Shown piece by piece: positions 32,201 through 44,300 of a stretch of DNA of 64,000 nucleotides. The DNA is taken from the NCBI GenBank assembly GCA_964188305.1, contig OZ076885.1; one strand, given 5' to 3'. Origin of the DNA: Podarcis bocagei (taxonomy: Eukaryota). The position numbers and the translations under genes are program-made. Position 1 is the first letter of the stretch; the number at the start of each line of letters is the position of its first letter. The notes under the pieces were generated by a model that was not told where the DNA came from, did not search any database, and saw only the letters and a program-made list of their open reading frames with translations.

Positions 32201-35200
32201 CATGTTTCTGATTCTGCTCCAAGAAAACACAAAGCATATACTTGTTTATTTTGCATAAATGTATTACATTTGTAATATTTCTTTGCCAATATTTTAAAGG
32301 AAGTTGAACAGGATGGGAAGAAAAGTGAGATCCTGGGTGTGGGCAGGGAGTACCAGTGAGGAAGAGAAAAAAGGAAACCACAAAAGGAACTGAAACTTAC
32401 AGTGCATTCTATGTATCAGGAGTAGCCAACATTGCACTTGGTAGGTGCTGCTGGAGTTGCAGTCCAATTTTGGGAGGGATTATTCCTTTGCTTTTAGATC
32501 AGGGGTGGGGAACCTCCAGGCTGAAGACTAGATTTTGACTGCCAAGGGTTCCAGTTTGGCCCAGAAGGCAGTTCTCCCCAAATTACACCCACCTGCCCCA
32601 TGACATCATATGTGGGGCAGGTAGAGACACAGACACCAATGCACATTGGGAGCCTTAAAGTGCATTCCTGACTGTGCATTGGTTAGGGAAAGCAGGCTTC
32701 AGCTCTACTGCCCAGATAGGTGAGAGCCAATGCTTCCCCTAGAGTTCCCTGCAAGGAACTTGTTCATGCAGCTGATGCCTGCAAAAAGTAGGATTCAGCT
32801 CTCCTGCCCATCAGCTGACTGGTGGAAGAATGGAAGCCTGCTTGTTGCAGGAATCAGCTGCCTGCTGCATTGCCGTGGGGGGCTTATAGAGCTGCTTGCA
32901 AGCCCCGCACAGCAATCCAATTTCTGCTTTCCTGCCTATCAGAACCACATTACAGCTTCTGTGACACAAGATAACCCAAGGAGAAAGGACAGTGACTCTG
33001 CTGAGTTTTTCCTCATTCTGTTGGTTGACCTGCCTGCCTACCCCGTAGCTGATTTCCTTCAACATTAGGGAAAAGTTGCAAGATGAGAAGAAAGACAGCA
33101 GAGGAGCTGCTCAGCTCCTAGGGGTGACAGAGGAAAAGAGCAGAGCTAGTTGCTATTAAACAGGCCAGTTTCTACATCTGCAGCAAAAACATTTATTGAT
33201 CACACATTTATCACCCATTCTTCAGTGGCTAACATACCAGAACCTATATATCCACAATATCACTAGTTACTTTTGGATTTACAGAGGCATACAGAGTCAT
33301 CTGTATTCCAGGATCATATCTGATTTTGGCTCACTTGACTACAAGTTGGTCCCAGCCGTGGAGCAAAATTTATCATCTCATTGCTCTGTTATATGTCTGG
33401 ACTGATTTATGAGATGTGTGAGAATAAAGTCCTTCACATCATCATATGCTGAAAATTCATCTGGCTGCTTGAAGAAACCATCAAGTGATCACTGCACTAC
33501 AGTTTGTGATAACAAACACTGAGCTTGTGGTGCAGCCACAAGCTTTTCAACAGAAATGGTCCCATGCTGGTTGCCGGAAAAATGTTAAGTGCTGTTGGTG
33601 AGATAAATACTAAAGTCTGATTCTCACAACTTACATAATTTTCAGCCTGAAACAAGCAGGATTGATAGTAAAAGATCTATGTGGTTTACACACAAGTTAA
33701 AAAACAGTTTGCGTGAATTGACCCTAACTTGTTCATTATGGTTTGAATGATCGTAGCCAACAAACCACTTCATTAGATGTATGAAGTTTGCTGAGAAAGT
33801 TGTAAAGCAGAACACAAGTTACCCACATAGTTTTGCTGTTCTCACCTTTTCCAGCTTGCTATCCTGTTGCAAGCAGAAGCCTCTTTCCAGCAAGCTGGTG
33901 GAAGTTCCTGAAACGTGAGAGTAAGGGGAGTCCCAGTTAGAGAGGTATTTTAATTCCCACAGGCAGATCTTAAGCCCAGAACTAATGGGCTAGCTGTCCT
34001 TTTCACCTGAGGGTCAATTCAACAATCAAGCTGGCATATTAAGAATGAGTGTGGTGGCTTATGCCCTCAGGGCCAACATACATATAATGTAGGCAATATG
34101 CTGTGAGGTCTTCCAATGTCTTTTTATTTACTTGAGAGCAGCTAGCTATGCACTCTCATCTGGATCACAGCCTTCACACAGTTTCCTCTGTTGAAATTAA
34201 CATCCTAAGTTTAAATGCACAGCTCACACCCTCTAGCAGCTGTGCCTTCAGTACTGTGGGCCCAATTTTATGGAACTCCCTTCTGTTTGAGGTCAGACAA
34301 TCTTCCTCCCTGTTGAACATTGGGTGCCTACTGAGGAGTTTTTATTCTGGCAGACATTTAAATGAAATTGACTGATTTATGGTTTCAACTGATTTTTATC
34401 TTTATTGTATTACACTATTGTACTTTATTTAAGAGACTACCGTAATTAAGCAATACATAAATTGTCAAAATAAAAATAAATGAATGAGCTGTTGTTTGCC
34501 CTCCAGGAGGTGGGGAGGAAGTCAGGTAATGTCATGGGCCCCTCGGTCCTATCAGGATTGGGCACCTGGAGGTGGAGGGTGTGGGTCGTCTCCATGCAAC
34601 TTTACAGTGGTGCCTCGCAAGACGAAAATAATCCGTTCCGCGAGTCTCTTCATCTAGTGGTTTTTTCGTCTTGCGAAGCAACCCTATTAGCGGCTTAGCG
34701 GATTAGCGCTATTAGTGGTTTAGCGGCTATTAAAGGCTTAGCGGCTTAGCGGCTAAAAGGCTATTAGCGGCTTAGCGGCTTAGAAAAAGGGGGGGGGAGC
34801 GAAAAAAAATCGGAACACGCGCAAGATGTTTTCATCTTGCGAAGCAAGCCCATAGGGAAATTCGTCTTGCGAAGCAGCTCAAAAATGGAAAACCCTTTTG
34901 TCTAGCGGGTTTTCCGTCTTGCGAGGCATTCGTCTTGTGGGGCACCACTGTATATGTCAGAAAAGGGGAAACAAAGCTACATCCTCTTAGCTCTTGCCAC
35001 CTCTCCTCTTGAGAGGTGCAGATAATCATTAGGGAGGGAGGACGACTCTGACTAGCCAGTGGGAGGAGCTGAGCAAGAGCAGCTCGAGGGACAGGGGCAG
35101 GACAGTCTTGTGGCCACAAACCCAGTACCACTTTTGTAGGTGGGATCAGCTGCATCTGCCCCAGAGAAGCACACATGTGCACGCGCAGCTGGCTAGTGAG

Positions 35201-37420
35201 GCAAGACAGTCTCGTGAGTGAACATACTCCACCTAGTCTTTTTAAAACTTGGTGGGAGGGGTGTGACAACCATTGGGACATTTTCTAGCATCATTCATAG
35301 AATCAAGAATTGTAGAGCTGGAAGGGAACTCGAGGGCAATCTGGTCCACCTCTCTGCAATGCAGGAATCTTTTGTCCAGTGTGGGGCTCGAACCCACAAC
35401 CCTGAGATTAAGAGTCTCATGCTCTACCAACTCAGTTATTCAGTTCTAAATCACTTATCTTGCTCTTGTAACTTGAACTCTTTACGACTGAACCTGTGCT
35501 TGCTGCTAGCCTGAGTAAAGATCGCTTCCTTACTATGAAGTAAGCACTGTGTGATTTCAATCATGGAAATAAGGGGAAAGAGTTAATCATCTTCCCTAAG
35601 CACTGCTTCACCATCCCATTATCCTCCCTCTGCAGTATGTTTTTTAAGCTATTAAAAAAATAATCCCAAGATACAGTGATTGCTACTATATCACATACAG
35701 TTCAGCCATCAGATCTACAGTAACAATTATTGGTAACTACTGTAATTCAACACATGTTCAACTGAGTTGTCAGAAATGGGATGAGCTTAGATTATTATTT
35801 GTAATACTACTACTACTACTTGTAAAGTCACTTTGGGGAAATATAGCCAGGTGGTGAACTGTTTGCCTATAGAGCTTCAGCAGCTACAAACTATCCCCCC
35901 ATTTTCATTCAGTTGTAGTAAATACTTGCCTCGCTAGATGGCCTGATACTACAGATGACCAACTCTCCCTACACAGTTGCGGTCACTTTGCAGTGACCTT
36001 TTAAGCAGCTGGGGGTAGTGCGCAGTAGTGGCTAGACTATGTAGGAGACCAAATGTTAAAACTGCTCAGATAATAGAGGAGTAAGTGGCCTTGAGCAACA
36101 ATAACTTTCAGTGCCCCTTCACAGAATTGTTGAGTGGATAAAAATGTGTCTGACTGTAAGTTGTCTTGAGTACTTACTAGTAAAGTGGAATATAAACTAA
36201 GCAGACATCATGCCACATTCAGTCAGTTTCAACCCATGCAAGGAGCAGGGATATGCCAAGTGAGGGCTGAGTTGTGTGCATGATGGAGCAGATACATGAA
36301 TGCTTCATGAAGAAGGGAGAGAGAAACTTCACCTTTGAAGCACATTCTCAATGGGTCAACTAAGTAACATGAAGTGACTACAGTTCAGACTTCTATAGAC
36401 AGAAAGAGGAAACTGTGGCAGTAGAGCTAGATGTGTGTGCAGTTACCTTATAACATGAAAAACCTTGCTAGTTTGGACGAAGGTCCCTCTAGCTCAACAT
36501 TCTAACAAGTCTGATATGAGGGCAATAGCCCACTCTGTGATGGTATTCAGTGGCATTCGGAAGCCGAAACACTGTGGCTAATAACCATTGGTATTTATTC
36601 CCCATGAATTTTTTAAATCATCTTTTAATGTCATCTAAGCTAGTGGTCACCATATAGTGTGACAATGAATTCTGCATATTAATTATGTAAGTACAGTACT
36701 TCCTTTTCTATCCCGTTTTGTTAGCTTACTGGGAAGGTCTAGCATCATGAGAGAGGGGGAAATGCCATCTATCCCCTTTCTCCCACCCATGCGCAGGTGT
36801 CAAGGATACCAGAAACCAATCAAAGCTATTTTTTGGCCGCCCAAAAGTGACTAGATAACACTAAGACCAGGACAGTTGCACTTTGAAGAGAGAAATTGGG
36901 CAAGCAAGCTGCTTTCTTAACTGGTGGATAGAACAAGCTGCGCCTGCCAGAATCCCTTCTCCCGGCAACCGAGAAGGGTCGGGCGTCTAGATGTGGTTGG
37001 CTGGGCAGGGGGTCGCGAGAGGGCGCCCCCACTGGCCTGAGGGCTCTGACTGGAGGCCCAAACTTGCCCGCCCATCGCTCACCGCCGGGCAGGCGCCCGC
37101 CTCCTGCTCCTCTTCCTCCGGACCAAGCAGGAGCAGCAGCGCCCCCGGCTGCAAGGGGCTCCCCACACACCACACCCCAAGGCCCCTCTCGGCGGACAGG
37201 GAAGGGCCCAGGGCTAAGCCCCGCGGAAGGCTCCACACTGGGCAGCAGGACCAGCCGCCGCCGCCGCCGCGCGCGTCCGGGGGCCGACCTGAAAGGGAAG
37301 CAGAGACACGAAAGGGACGGTGAGAGCAGTCAAGGACGCGGGGCGGCAAGCGCTCTCCGCTCCCTCCCGTCTCCCGAAAGACACCCGCTCGCCCTCACTC
37401 TGGCCGGGGCTCTGCTCCAT
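27513..37420 (-). CDS. ZNF408: Zinc finger protein 408 (degenerate PR/SET-like N-terminus plus 10 C2H2 fingers); 794 aa with the 87-nt exon, 765 aa without
   Basis: Exons 37399-37420, 37083-37288, 33846-33907, 30643-30944, (29974-30060), 27513-29218 with compatible phases. Diagnostic motifs [12 protein letters not shown]...LGVWCVG and [15 protein letters not shown]-terminus EVVEVEVGT. Syntenic between F2 and ARHGAP1. Confidence 0.95.
29974..30060 (-). CDS. ZNF408: Probable additional ZNF408 exon, [28 protein letters not shown]
   Basis: 87 nt, phase 1-1, open frame, ttttattgcag acceptor, GAGG|gtatgt donor. Confidence 0.6.
30643..30944 (-). CDS. ZNF408: ZNF408 exon 4
   Basis: [39 protein letters not shown]... 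(PR/SET-like GSELL motif); ttttacag acceptor, gtactg donor. Confidence 0.85.
33846..33907 (-). CDS. ZNF408: ZNF408 exon 3, [20 protein letters not shown]
   Basis: 62 nt, phase 0 to 2; W, AC and W spacing as I recall for the human exon; tttcag / gtgag. Confidence 0.88.
34605..34950. mobile_element. Tigger/pogo-like MITE with internal (TTAGCGGC)n array
   Basis: TA|cagtggtgcctcgcaagacgaa...ttcgtcttgtggggcaccactg|TA. Confidence 0.88.
35296..35438 (-). mobile_element. tRNA-Lys(CTT)-derived SINE with CR1-type 3' tail
   Basis: Head GGTAGAGCATGAGACTCTTAATCTCAGGGTTGTGGGTTCGAGCCCCAC followed by GATTCCTGCATTGCAG...CCCTTCCAGCTCTACAATTCTTGATTCTATG. Confidence 0.85.
37083..37288 (-). CDS. ZNF408: ZNF408 exon 2
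   Basis: ...[31 protein letters not shown]...; ctttcag / gtgagc. Confidence 0.9.
37399..37420 (-). CDS. ZNF408: ZNF408 exon 1 coding part, MEQSPGQ
   Basis: ATG at 37420, donor CAGA|gtgagg, phase 1 fits exon 2; 110-nt intron. Confidence 0.65.
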
Positions 37421-37589
37421 AACGGCTCCTGGGCGGAACGTTCCGCGCAGCGCGCCGTGTTTGCGCCCGGACTGCTTTTCCTTTTCTCTCGCCGGCCTTT
37501 CCCTGAGGAGGCGGGAGCGTGTTGCCACGGAGACTCGTCCTTTTTCCGGTTCGGAGGCGGATGTTTGTGAAAGGGGGGTTTGACAGGCG

Positions 37590-37720
37590 GGAGTGGCGGC
37601 TGCTGGCGAGCGGAGGAGCGCTCAGGGAGCGCGCAGCGCAGGAACTCCGTACTGGGCGCGCGTCGTCGGGGCTGCATCTCTTCCCTTCCCCCCACCGCGC
37701 ACACCTTCATGAGATAAATA
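37590..37720 (+). other. ARHGAP1: Probable non-coding first exon of ARHGAP1 (5' end approximate)
   Basis: Donor ATA|gtgagt at 37721 inside the CpG island; exon 2 carries only 24 nt of UTR with an in-frame stop. Confidence 0.5.
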
Positions 37721-38559
37721 GTGAGTGGAGGCTTCGAGGGCGGGGCTCCTTCTGGGTTTATTCCCTTGCTTATGGGGGGGGGGGAGAGCGGGGGGCTGGG
37801 GACGAAGTTGAGGGAGGGCGCATGCGTCGACTCCAGCCTCAGCGTGACTTTCGGTGGGAAGGAGGGAGGTCTCTTGTCAAGCGGGGGCCGCTGCCAGGCT
37901 TCTGGGCTGGGCTTCTGTCTCGACCCTCCCACCATCTCCGTGGGTGTCGTCGTTCTCAGGGCTGCCAGTTTCAGATCTATGTCAGATTTTAGAAGACGCC
38001 CCCCCCCCGTTCCCTCAGCAACCCAAGGGGCCCCCATGCCTTTGTTGTTAAGGACCCCCCCCCCGCCCTCGGTCCTTTCCTGGAGATCTTTTTTTGTGCT
38101 GGAGGTGGAGGTGCCTACACTGGGGAGGCTTTTAGGAGTGTGCGCGTGCGTGCAGGTGCTTAAAGGCGGCGGGGGTGGGGAGAGATGGGAAACGTTCGTT
38201 TACGTTAAAGTGAACTGATTTTAGGACCCAAACCCTTGCCACCTGTGCACACTTTTTTTTTGGGGGGGGGGAAATACTTGCAATTTGGGAAATACTTGCA
38301 ACTGAATTAAGCAGGGGTAGTAAGGTCAAGGGGTTGTGGGTTGCTTAAAAGTAAACATATAAAGACTTTCCCGCTGCAAAAATAGTGACAGAACTCCCAA
38401 TTTCTATTGAATGGGGCTTGTCAGAGTAGTGTCGGATGACTGCGTGTTGGCCTCCTGTCCCTTACGCAGAAGGGTGCTGGAGTGAATTGTGATGTCTCCA
38501 CTGCCATGTGTATGAAGCTGTTGGGTTCCACTAGGGACCCCATTTGTCCCATGGAGTTA

Positions 38560-39420
38560 AGCGTATGCTGCTGGTACTCCATTTCTCTGTTACACCTGAA
38601 TCAAGTGTGACTGTGGAAGCCCTGGATGAGTATGTGGTATGCACAGGAAGTGGGGATGAATCCTGTTAAGACCAAGGCCCTGTAAGTGACTAGCTCTGTG
38701 CATGGATTTTTTCTGGACCAGGGTTCTACTCCCTCTGCTGGAACTGGAATGTCATATGGGGGTGCTCCTTGATCATTCTTTGTTTCTGGGGAAACAAATG
38801 ACCTCAGTGGCTAAGGGTTACTTTTGCCACCTTGTACTCTTGCACTAGCTGTGACCATTCTTGGACCAGTGCAGCCAAGCTACAGTGACCCATGCATTGG
38901 TAAGCTCAAGACTGCATTATGGCAGTTTGGTCCATGTGGGACTGGCCTTAAGGCTGGTTTGGAAGCTGCAGCATATAACATCTGTGTTGAGGGACTTGTG
39001 CTGCTGAGCGAAGTTGAAGGTTTCATTATACCTACATATTCCTAAAAGTAAGGGGAAAAAGTTTGAGAGACTGCCTTCTCACATATAGATGTGTCTGTTT
39101 GCTAAGGTCTTCAGAGAAGGCCCTATCACTTATGCTGTGGCCCACAGAGACTTACCTCATGTTAAGCTGGAAGAGGGCCTTCCCCTTTTTGGCCTCCAGC
39201 CTGTGAGATGTACCTACTGTGGTGAACTTTCATCTGCTGTTAAAAACACAGCTACCTTATTTGAGGCTTCCCTGGCCTCTGATACAATGACGTGTTTGTG
39301 TTACGTTTCTTTTATCGGACTGTTTCTATTGTATATAGAATTGCTTTGTTACACTGAATTATTTTGTTGCACTCCATCTTGATATTTTAAAGAGGTGGTA
39401 TGTAACTATTTTAATTTAAA
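38560..39420 (+). mobile_element. Old degenerate L2-like fragment (boundaries approximate)
   Basis: Traces of LGVLLD, HALVSSRL.Y and GL..K...KLQ motifs, plus an L2-type 3' UTR. Confidence 0.5.
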
Positions 39421-40859
39421 CTTTCAAAGTTTCTGGAGCCCTTTTGGGGTTTTAATCTGGTAATTCTAAATGTATGCTTTGCTAGTTTCAATAAATCATC
39501 TCACAGAAACTGCTTTATCCCGCTTTTATCAGGATTCTTACATCATGCTTCTGTGGTAAATGTAACCCCACAAATACTTGAGTCTACTGCATAAGGCTTT
39601 GTGGCCCATCACAAGATTGTCACTAGGGCTTTGTGGTTTACGGATTTGAGCTGGAAAGAAAGGGGGAGTTGTATAGTTCTGTAAAGGAGAAAGAGTGGGA
39701 AGTGTGGGATGTGGTAGGGGCTCAGTAAAACTAGAGAGGTGTGATAGCACTTGTTTAAGGAGAAATCATTATTTATTGTGTTTTGGTTCATGCATGTCCA
39801 TAAACAGAGCATTGAACTAGGATGAAGCCACTTATCAGATTATTATGTCTGACTTGTGAAGAGCATTCTGAAGAAGGAAATATGACAGGAATGCCCACTT
39901 TTATGACAAATTTTTGCTTTAAGATAACGAGTGAAAGAAATTAGAGGGATTATATAGCCAGCTTGGAAGTCTTTGATGTTCAGCTGTTCCTGCTGAACAA
40001 AAGCAGTCAAATTTAAAGTTCTTTGGTTTAAATGAAATGTTTGAGATTATTCTATGCATCTATGTTTTCATGTCCTTTGAGCTTGCAGTAAAAACCTTAA
40101 AGCAAATAGACAGAATTATCCTGGAAGCAGGGTAAGTATGTGCGTTAAACATGTGGCACAATTCTTCTCCATCCCCCACCCCATGATTGAATTTGTGTAA
40201 CATTTCCAGAGTCTCAGTGGAAGCTCAGCTGCTGGAAAAGGTTGGCTGAGGCAGGGCTGAGTAGTCAGGTTTATGATCTGACCGGAAAGGTGTGGTGTCT
40301 TTTTAGTTCTGTCACCTAACTCAGTTCTGGGAGTTCAGCAGATTGCATTGTTCAGTGAGTGTATCCTGTTATCCTGTTTGATTTAAGCTGGTAGCTTCTG
40401 AGGGGAGAGAGGATCTGAGGGAGGGACTACCTTGGCTTAACTCTTCTGCTCCCTCCCCTTGAGGCTGACAACAGTGTTGGCTAGGTAAACGTAATGGCTG
40501 CCTTTCTTTACCGTACTAAAATATGGATAAAATTAAGTGGATTTCACAATCAATGCAGCACTGGAGGCCCAAACAGCTGTAGTGGACACTTCTATATTGA
40601 GTCAGCAGGGTTGTTGATAATATGAAAGAAATAGGGTGTGATGTTCCCATGACCTAAAAGCAGGAATCTTAACTCACCAGCTGTTAAAACTATGATTAGT
40701 TGAAAACCTCTCTTGCAGTTAATGTCTTCAGAGAGATCCCTTTTCCAGTTATCATTTAAGGAAATTTGGTTTATGGAAGTATGGAACAAGTTGTTATAAC
40801 ACTGCATCTATGGAATAGTTTCCCTGTGGAGATTTGCTGTACAGCAACACATAAATGAG

Positions 40860-41170
40860 GGTCAGAGTAGGTTTAAATGGTGGTGTGACTGATGCTTTTA
40901 GAATGTTGTGAGGAGTGAAGCAAGGTTACATTATGGCTCCCACTCCTTTTAGCATTTATATGAATGATTTGGTGCCGTATTGAGCCAATGCAAATGCCCC
41001 TCTCCAGTAAGGAACAATCTCAATCTTGATGTATGCAGATGATTTAGTGCTCCTCTCTCGTTGCCGATTGGGTCTCAAAAAGCTCCTGGAGGTGTTCAGC
41101 TCATACAATAAATTGGGAAGCCTATCCATAAAACACTCTAAGACCAAGATTATGCTTTTTGGCAAACACA
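40860..41170 (+). mobile_element. Decayed non-LTR reverse transcriptase fragment
   Basis: GVKQG.IMAP..FSIYMNDL and MYADDLVLLS motifs, with a stop and frameshift. Confidence 0.7.
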
Positions 41171-41178
41171 GTCCTAGG

Positions 41179-41308
41179 CAGTGCTATTTAGAAAAAGAGG
41201 TGCCAGAACTCACTATGAACAGCTCCTTTGTTCTTATAATGACAATGATGCACACCTGAAAGGTGTGGGACCAAGTTCTGGTGAATTCTGACTTTAAAAA
41301 GTGCCCTG
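41179..41308. mobile_element. hAT MITE family, copy 2
   Basis: Same gaggtgccagaactca core; TSD GTCCTAGG / GTTCTAGG. Confidence 0.75.
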
Positions 41309-44300
41309 GTTCTAGGTATAAATGGTGCTTAGATCAGAAAGCTACAGAACACACTTGCTCATTTAGATACCATACCTGGGCCTACTCTTTAGTGAAACCC
41401 TCTTTTGGAAGTGCCATATGGAGACAGTAAGGCCAAAGCACAAAAAACCATAGCGGCATTGATGAAGTTCTGTTACAATAAGGGAGGGAAACTGATTGAA
41501 CCTGCCGTAAAAAATATTTGGTAACAAACCATTTATTCAAATCCTCTTTGTAGCATTGAAATATGTGGCTTTGATTCAACTCCATTAAAGTTTTGGAAAT
41601 TGTGCAGAATGTCCCCCCCCCCAAAGCTATACTCTCTACAAACAGGAATATCAGCAGCTCGTCCTCATAAAGAACCAGTTAAGGCAAGAGTGGGTAGTTA
41701 AAGTATATTTTTAAAAATACTACTATGCCTGTTGAGAGTTCTCCTGTACTGTGCTGTATGGAATTGGGTGAAAACCAACTCTGGAAAGCAGCTTGTCAAG
41801 AAGTTTTAGATCATTATTGTTTTCTAGAATTGAGCTCTGCTTTGACCTTGAATAAGTGTCAACTAAGGGATTGGCTCTGCTGGATAGAATCCAGAAAGGA
41901 CCTGCAGCTAATTAGAAATACCACATTCTCTCCCCGAACCCCCCGGTATCCACTCTTGATAACTATTGTGAAGCATAGATTGGAAAAAGCCTACTGCTAA
42001 GTAATACAACAAATGAATGGCCATGGTATATGAAGCTTAGGGTGCTTCAAATGTAACACCAACCATAATTTGGTGTTATGAGAACGTAGTATCATTTTCA
42101 GGCAAATGGAAATAATGGTTTTCCAGTTTGGATGAAAAAGCAAGCCAGCTAAGTTTCAGTCCTGATTTTCAGTAATCAGTTACTGATTTTCAGGAATCAG
42201 TAATGTACAAGGGGAGGAGAATGTGCAAGTCAAAAACTCCTCAGGCATTCTTACATTCCTGAATGTAAACCCATGGTTGAATAACCCATTAAAGTTGTTC
42301 AGATCTCAGTGATGTTTGTCACATGGGGCAAAAATGAAGTAGAAACACCACAAAGTCTATATGGCAAAGCTGTGGAATTTTCAACACAATATTCAGCAGT
42401 CAGATTCAACCATAATCTAAAATCCTTTAACATCTCATGCCTCAGGAATGGTGAGCCTGTGACCTTTCAGACGTTGTTGGACTCTAACCTTCATCTTATC
42501 CAGCCAGCATTGTCAATGATCAGGGATGATAGGAACTGTAATCCTACAACCGAAGGGTCACAGGTTCACCTTTAACATCCCATGCTCTAGGAATGGAGTC
42601 TAGATTATGGTTGAGTCTGAATGCTGAATATTGTGAGTAGGTGGAGTCTTGTGCAACTCTTTTATTTTGCTGACTTTTGTGTAAAAGCATTTAGATCTGG
42701 ATCAGATTTTTAAATGAATAGGCATATTTAGCTACAACACAACCTGACACTAGGGAAAATGAGATTTCAAAAAATATTTTCACTGTGTCTGCCTCCAAAT
42801 GGAGAACAGACCTAGCTGAAAGGTCCAGAGTAAGAGGAGTTATTTCATAATATGATAGGAAGAATTAAGATATGCTTAACTCTCTGCTAGAAGTAGGATC
42901 AGTCTCCACTGAACACTCAAGTTTTTTAGGTGGTATGAAATTTGACTATAGTGTTTGGTCTGTGGTGGTCATTTCAGTAAGCTTCTCAGTCTAGTGATAC
43001 CAACCTTTTTTTGGACCTGTGGGTACACATAAATTGGATAAACTGTTGAGAGTGTCACACACCTCATCCAAATGCACACCACATGTTCTGTTAGCTACAA
43101 CCGGAATCCTTTTTTAAAGCTTAACTTAGCAGGGTAAGGTGCTCCAGGGAAGGCTTCTGTAGGTGTATGTGCACACCCAGGAACCACATTGGTGATTCCA
43201 GTTCTAAGTCATCAAGTGAGAAAAATGTATATGTAAATTCGTCCATAAAGCTGTATAAACAAATACCACATGAGTTTTGTCCACCAGAATCCCAAATACC
43301 CAGTACTCCAAATTCTTTCCCATCCACTAGTTTGGCAATGTCTACATTCAACAACCAGTTTTCCATGTTCAGCAAGAGTCTTCTTTCTGTACATGGGATG
43401 TAAAAATAATAAATTCTCCTGCTAAAAAGAATATCAGTAGCATATCTGCCTCATAGAGCTCATAACTTATTCTTAAGTGCTTTGCTAGTGCAGATCTGGC
43501 AAAAATGTAGCCCCCCAACACTGCAGTGATCCAATTGCGCATCACGAGTTGAGAATATTCAGAATCCCTTGGTAGAAGAAAGCTTGGGGCTGTCTGCATC
43601 CTGCTGCCAGGGTAGGTTTTTTTTTGGACAATTTCAGATAACTGTGAGAGTAAGTTGCTGGAGCTAGAGTTGTTTCCAAACGAATGAGTCACGGCAAATG
43701 CTGGTTAGAGTTTCCATAGAAACTGGGTACATTGCTAAGGGCAGATGGTTGACTGCAATTTAAGCATGGTTACAGCATTAGCTAATAGCTCAGAGGAGCA
43801 AAGTGTCTTGCTCTTTACCCCCACTGAGGTCAAGCATCTCCTCCAGCCTGGAGAGACTAGCAAAGAATAGCTGTGGCTGACTTTGCTGATCTGCTGTGCC
43901 CTGAATACTTCCTGATCTGCCTTGAAGATCATCTGCCCATATATGTCGTTGTTTTGTCTGGTTACAGGAATGCGATTTGACTTGCTGCGCAATAAGCTTA
44001 CAGCCATCTGGAAAATAAGGACAATGAAATAATTGTGTAAGCATTGAAGGAGAAGGGAAGAGGTCTTGTGCAAATCACAGCTCCCTTCAACACTCAGAAT
44101 TTGGACAAACACTGGTGATTTTTTTGGGAAATGTCCAGAGATTCCCTTAACGAAGCATGAGTGACATTCATTTGACCTTCTCTGACCATATATTTATTGA
44201 AATGCTAATATTGATCTCTGATCTTAGCTGTAGCATTAGCTTTGGTCACAGTAACTTAACTTCTGTTTGAGGGCTGATGTTTTAGACCGGTTGTTTTCGG

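Larger units (their letters stand above)
36950..38200. promoter_or_regulatory. CpG-island bidirectional promoter shared by ZNF408 (-) and ARHGAP1 (+)
   Basis: Sharp GC and CpG enrichment; X-box-like GTTGCCACGGAGAC 37521-37534, ETS-like TTCCGG, GGCGGGAG x2, NRF1-like GCGCATGCGT 37818-37827. Confidence 0.85.

Noticed and set aside
33300-33480. Possible C/D box snoRNA (ATGATGA on - strand)
   Set aside because: No suitably placed CTGA D box or terminal stem found
35370-35440. tRNA-Lys(CTT) gene
   Set aside because: Acceptor stem is decayed and it is fused to a CR1 tail, so it is a SINE head
37330-38218. Long overlapping ORFs of 150-235 aa
   Set aside because: Stop-poor GC-rich CpG island; no recognisable protein
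39850-40130. Possible decayed Gypsy gag N-terminus
   Set aside because: Only a faint resemblance with many disruptions; needs a profile-HMM search
43100-44150. Cluster of 80-125 aa ORFs in ARHGAP1 intron 1
   Set aside because: No motifs or consistent splice structure; probably old repeat debris
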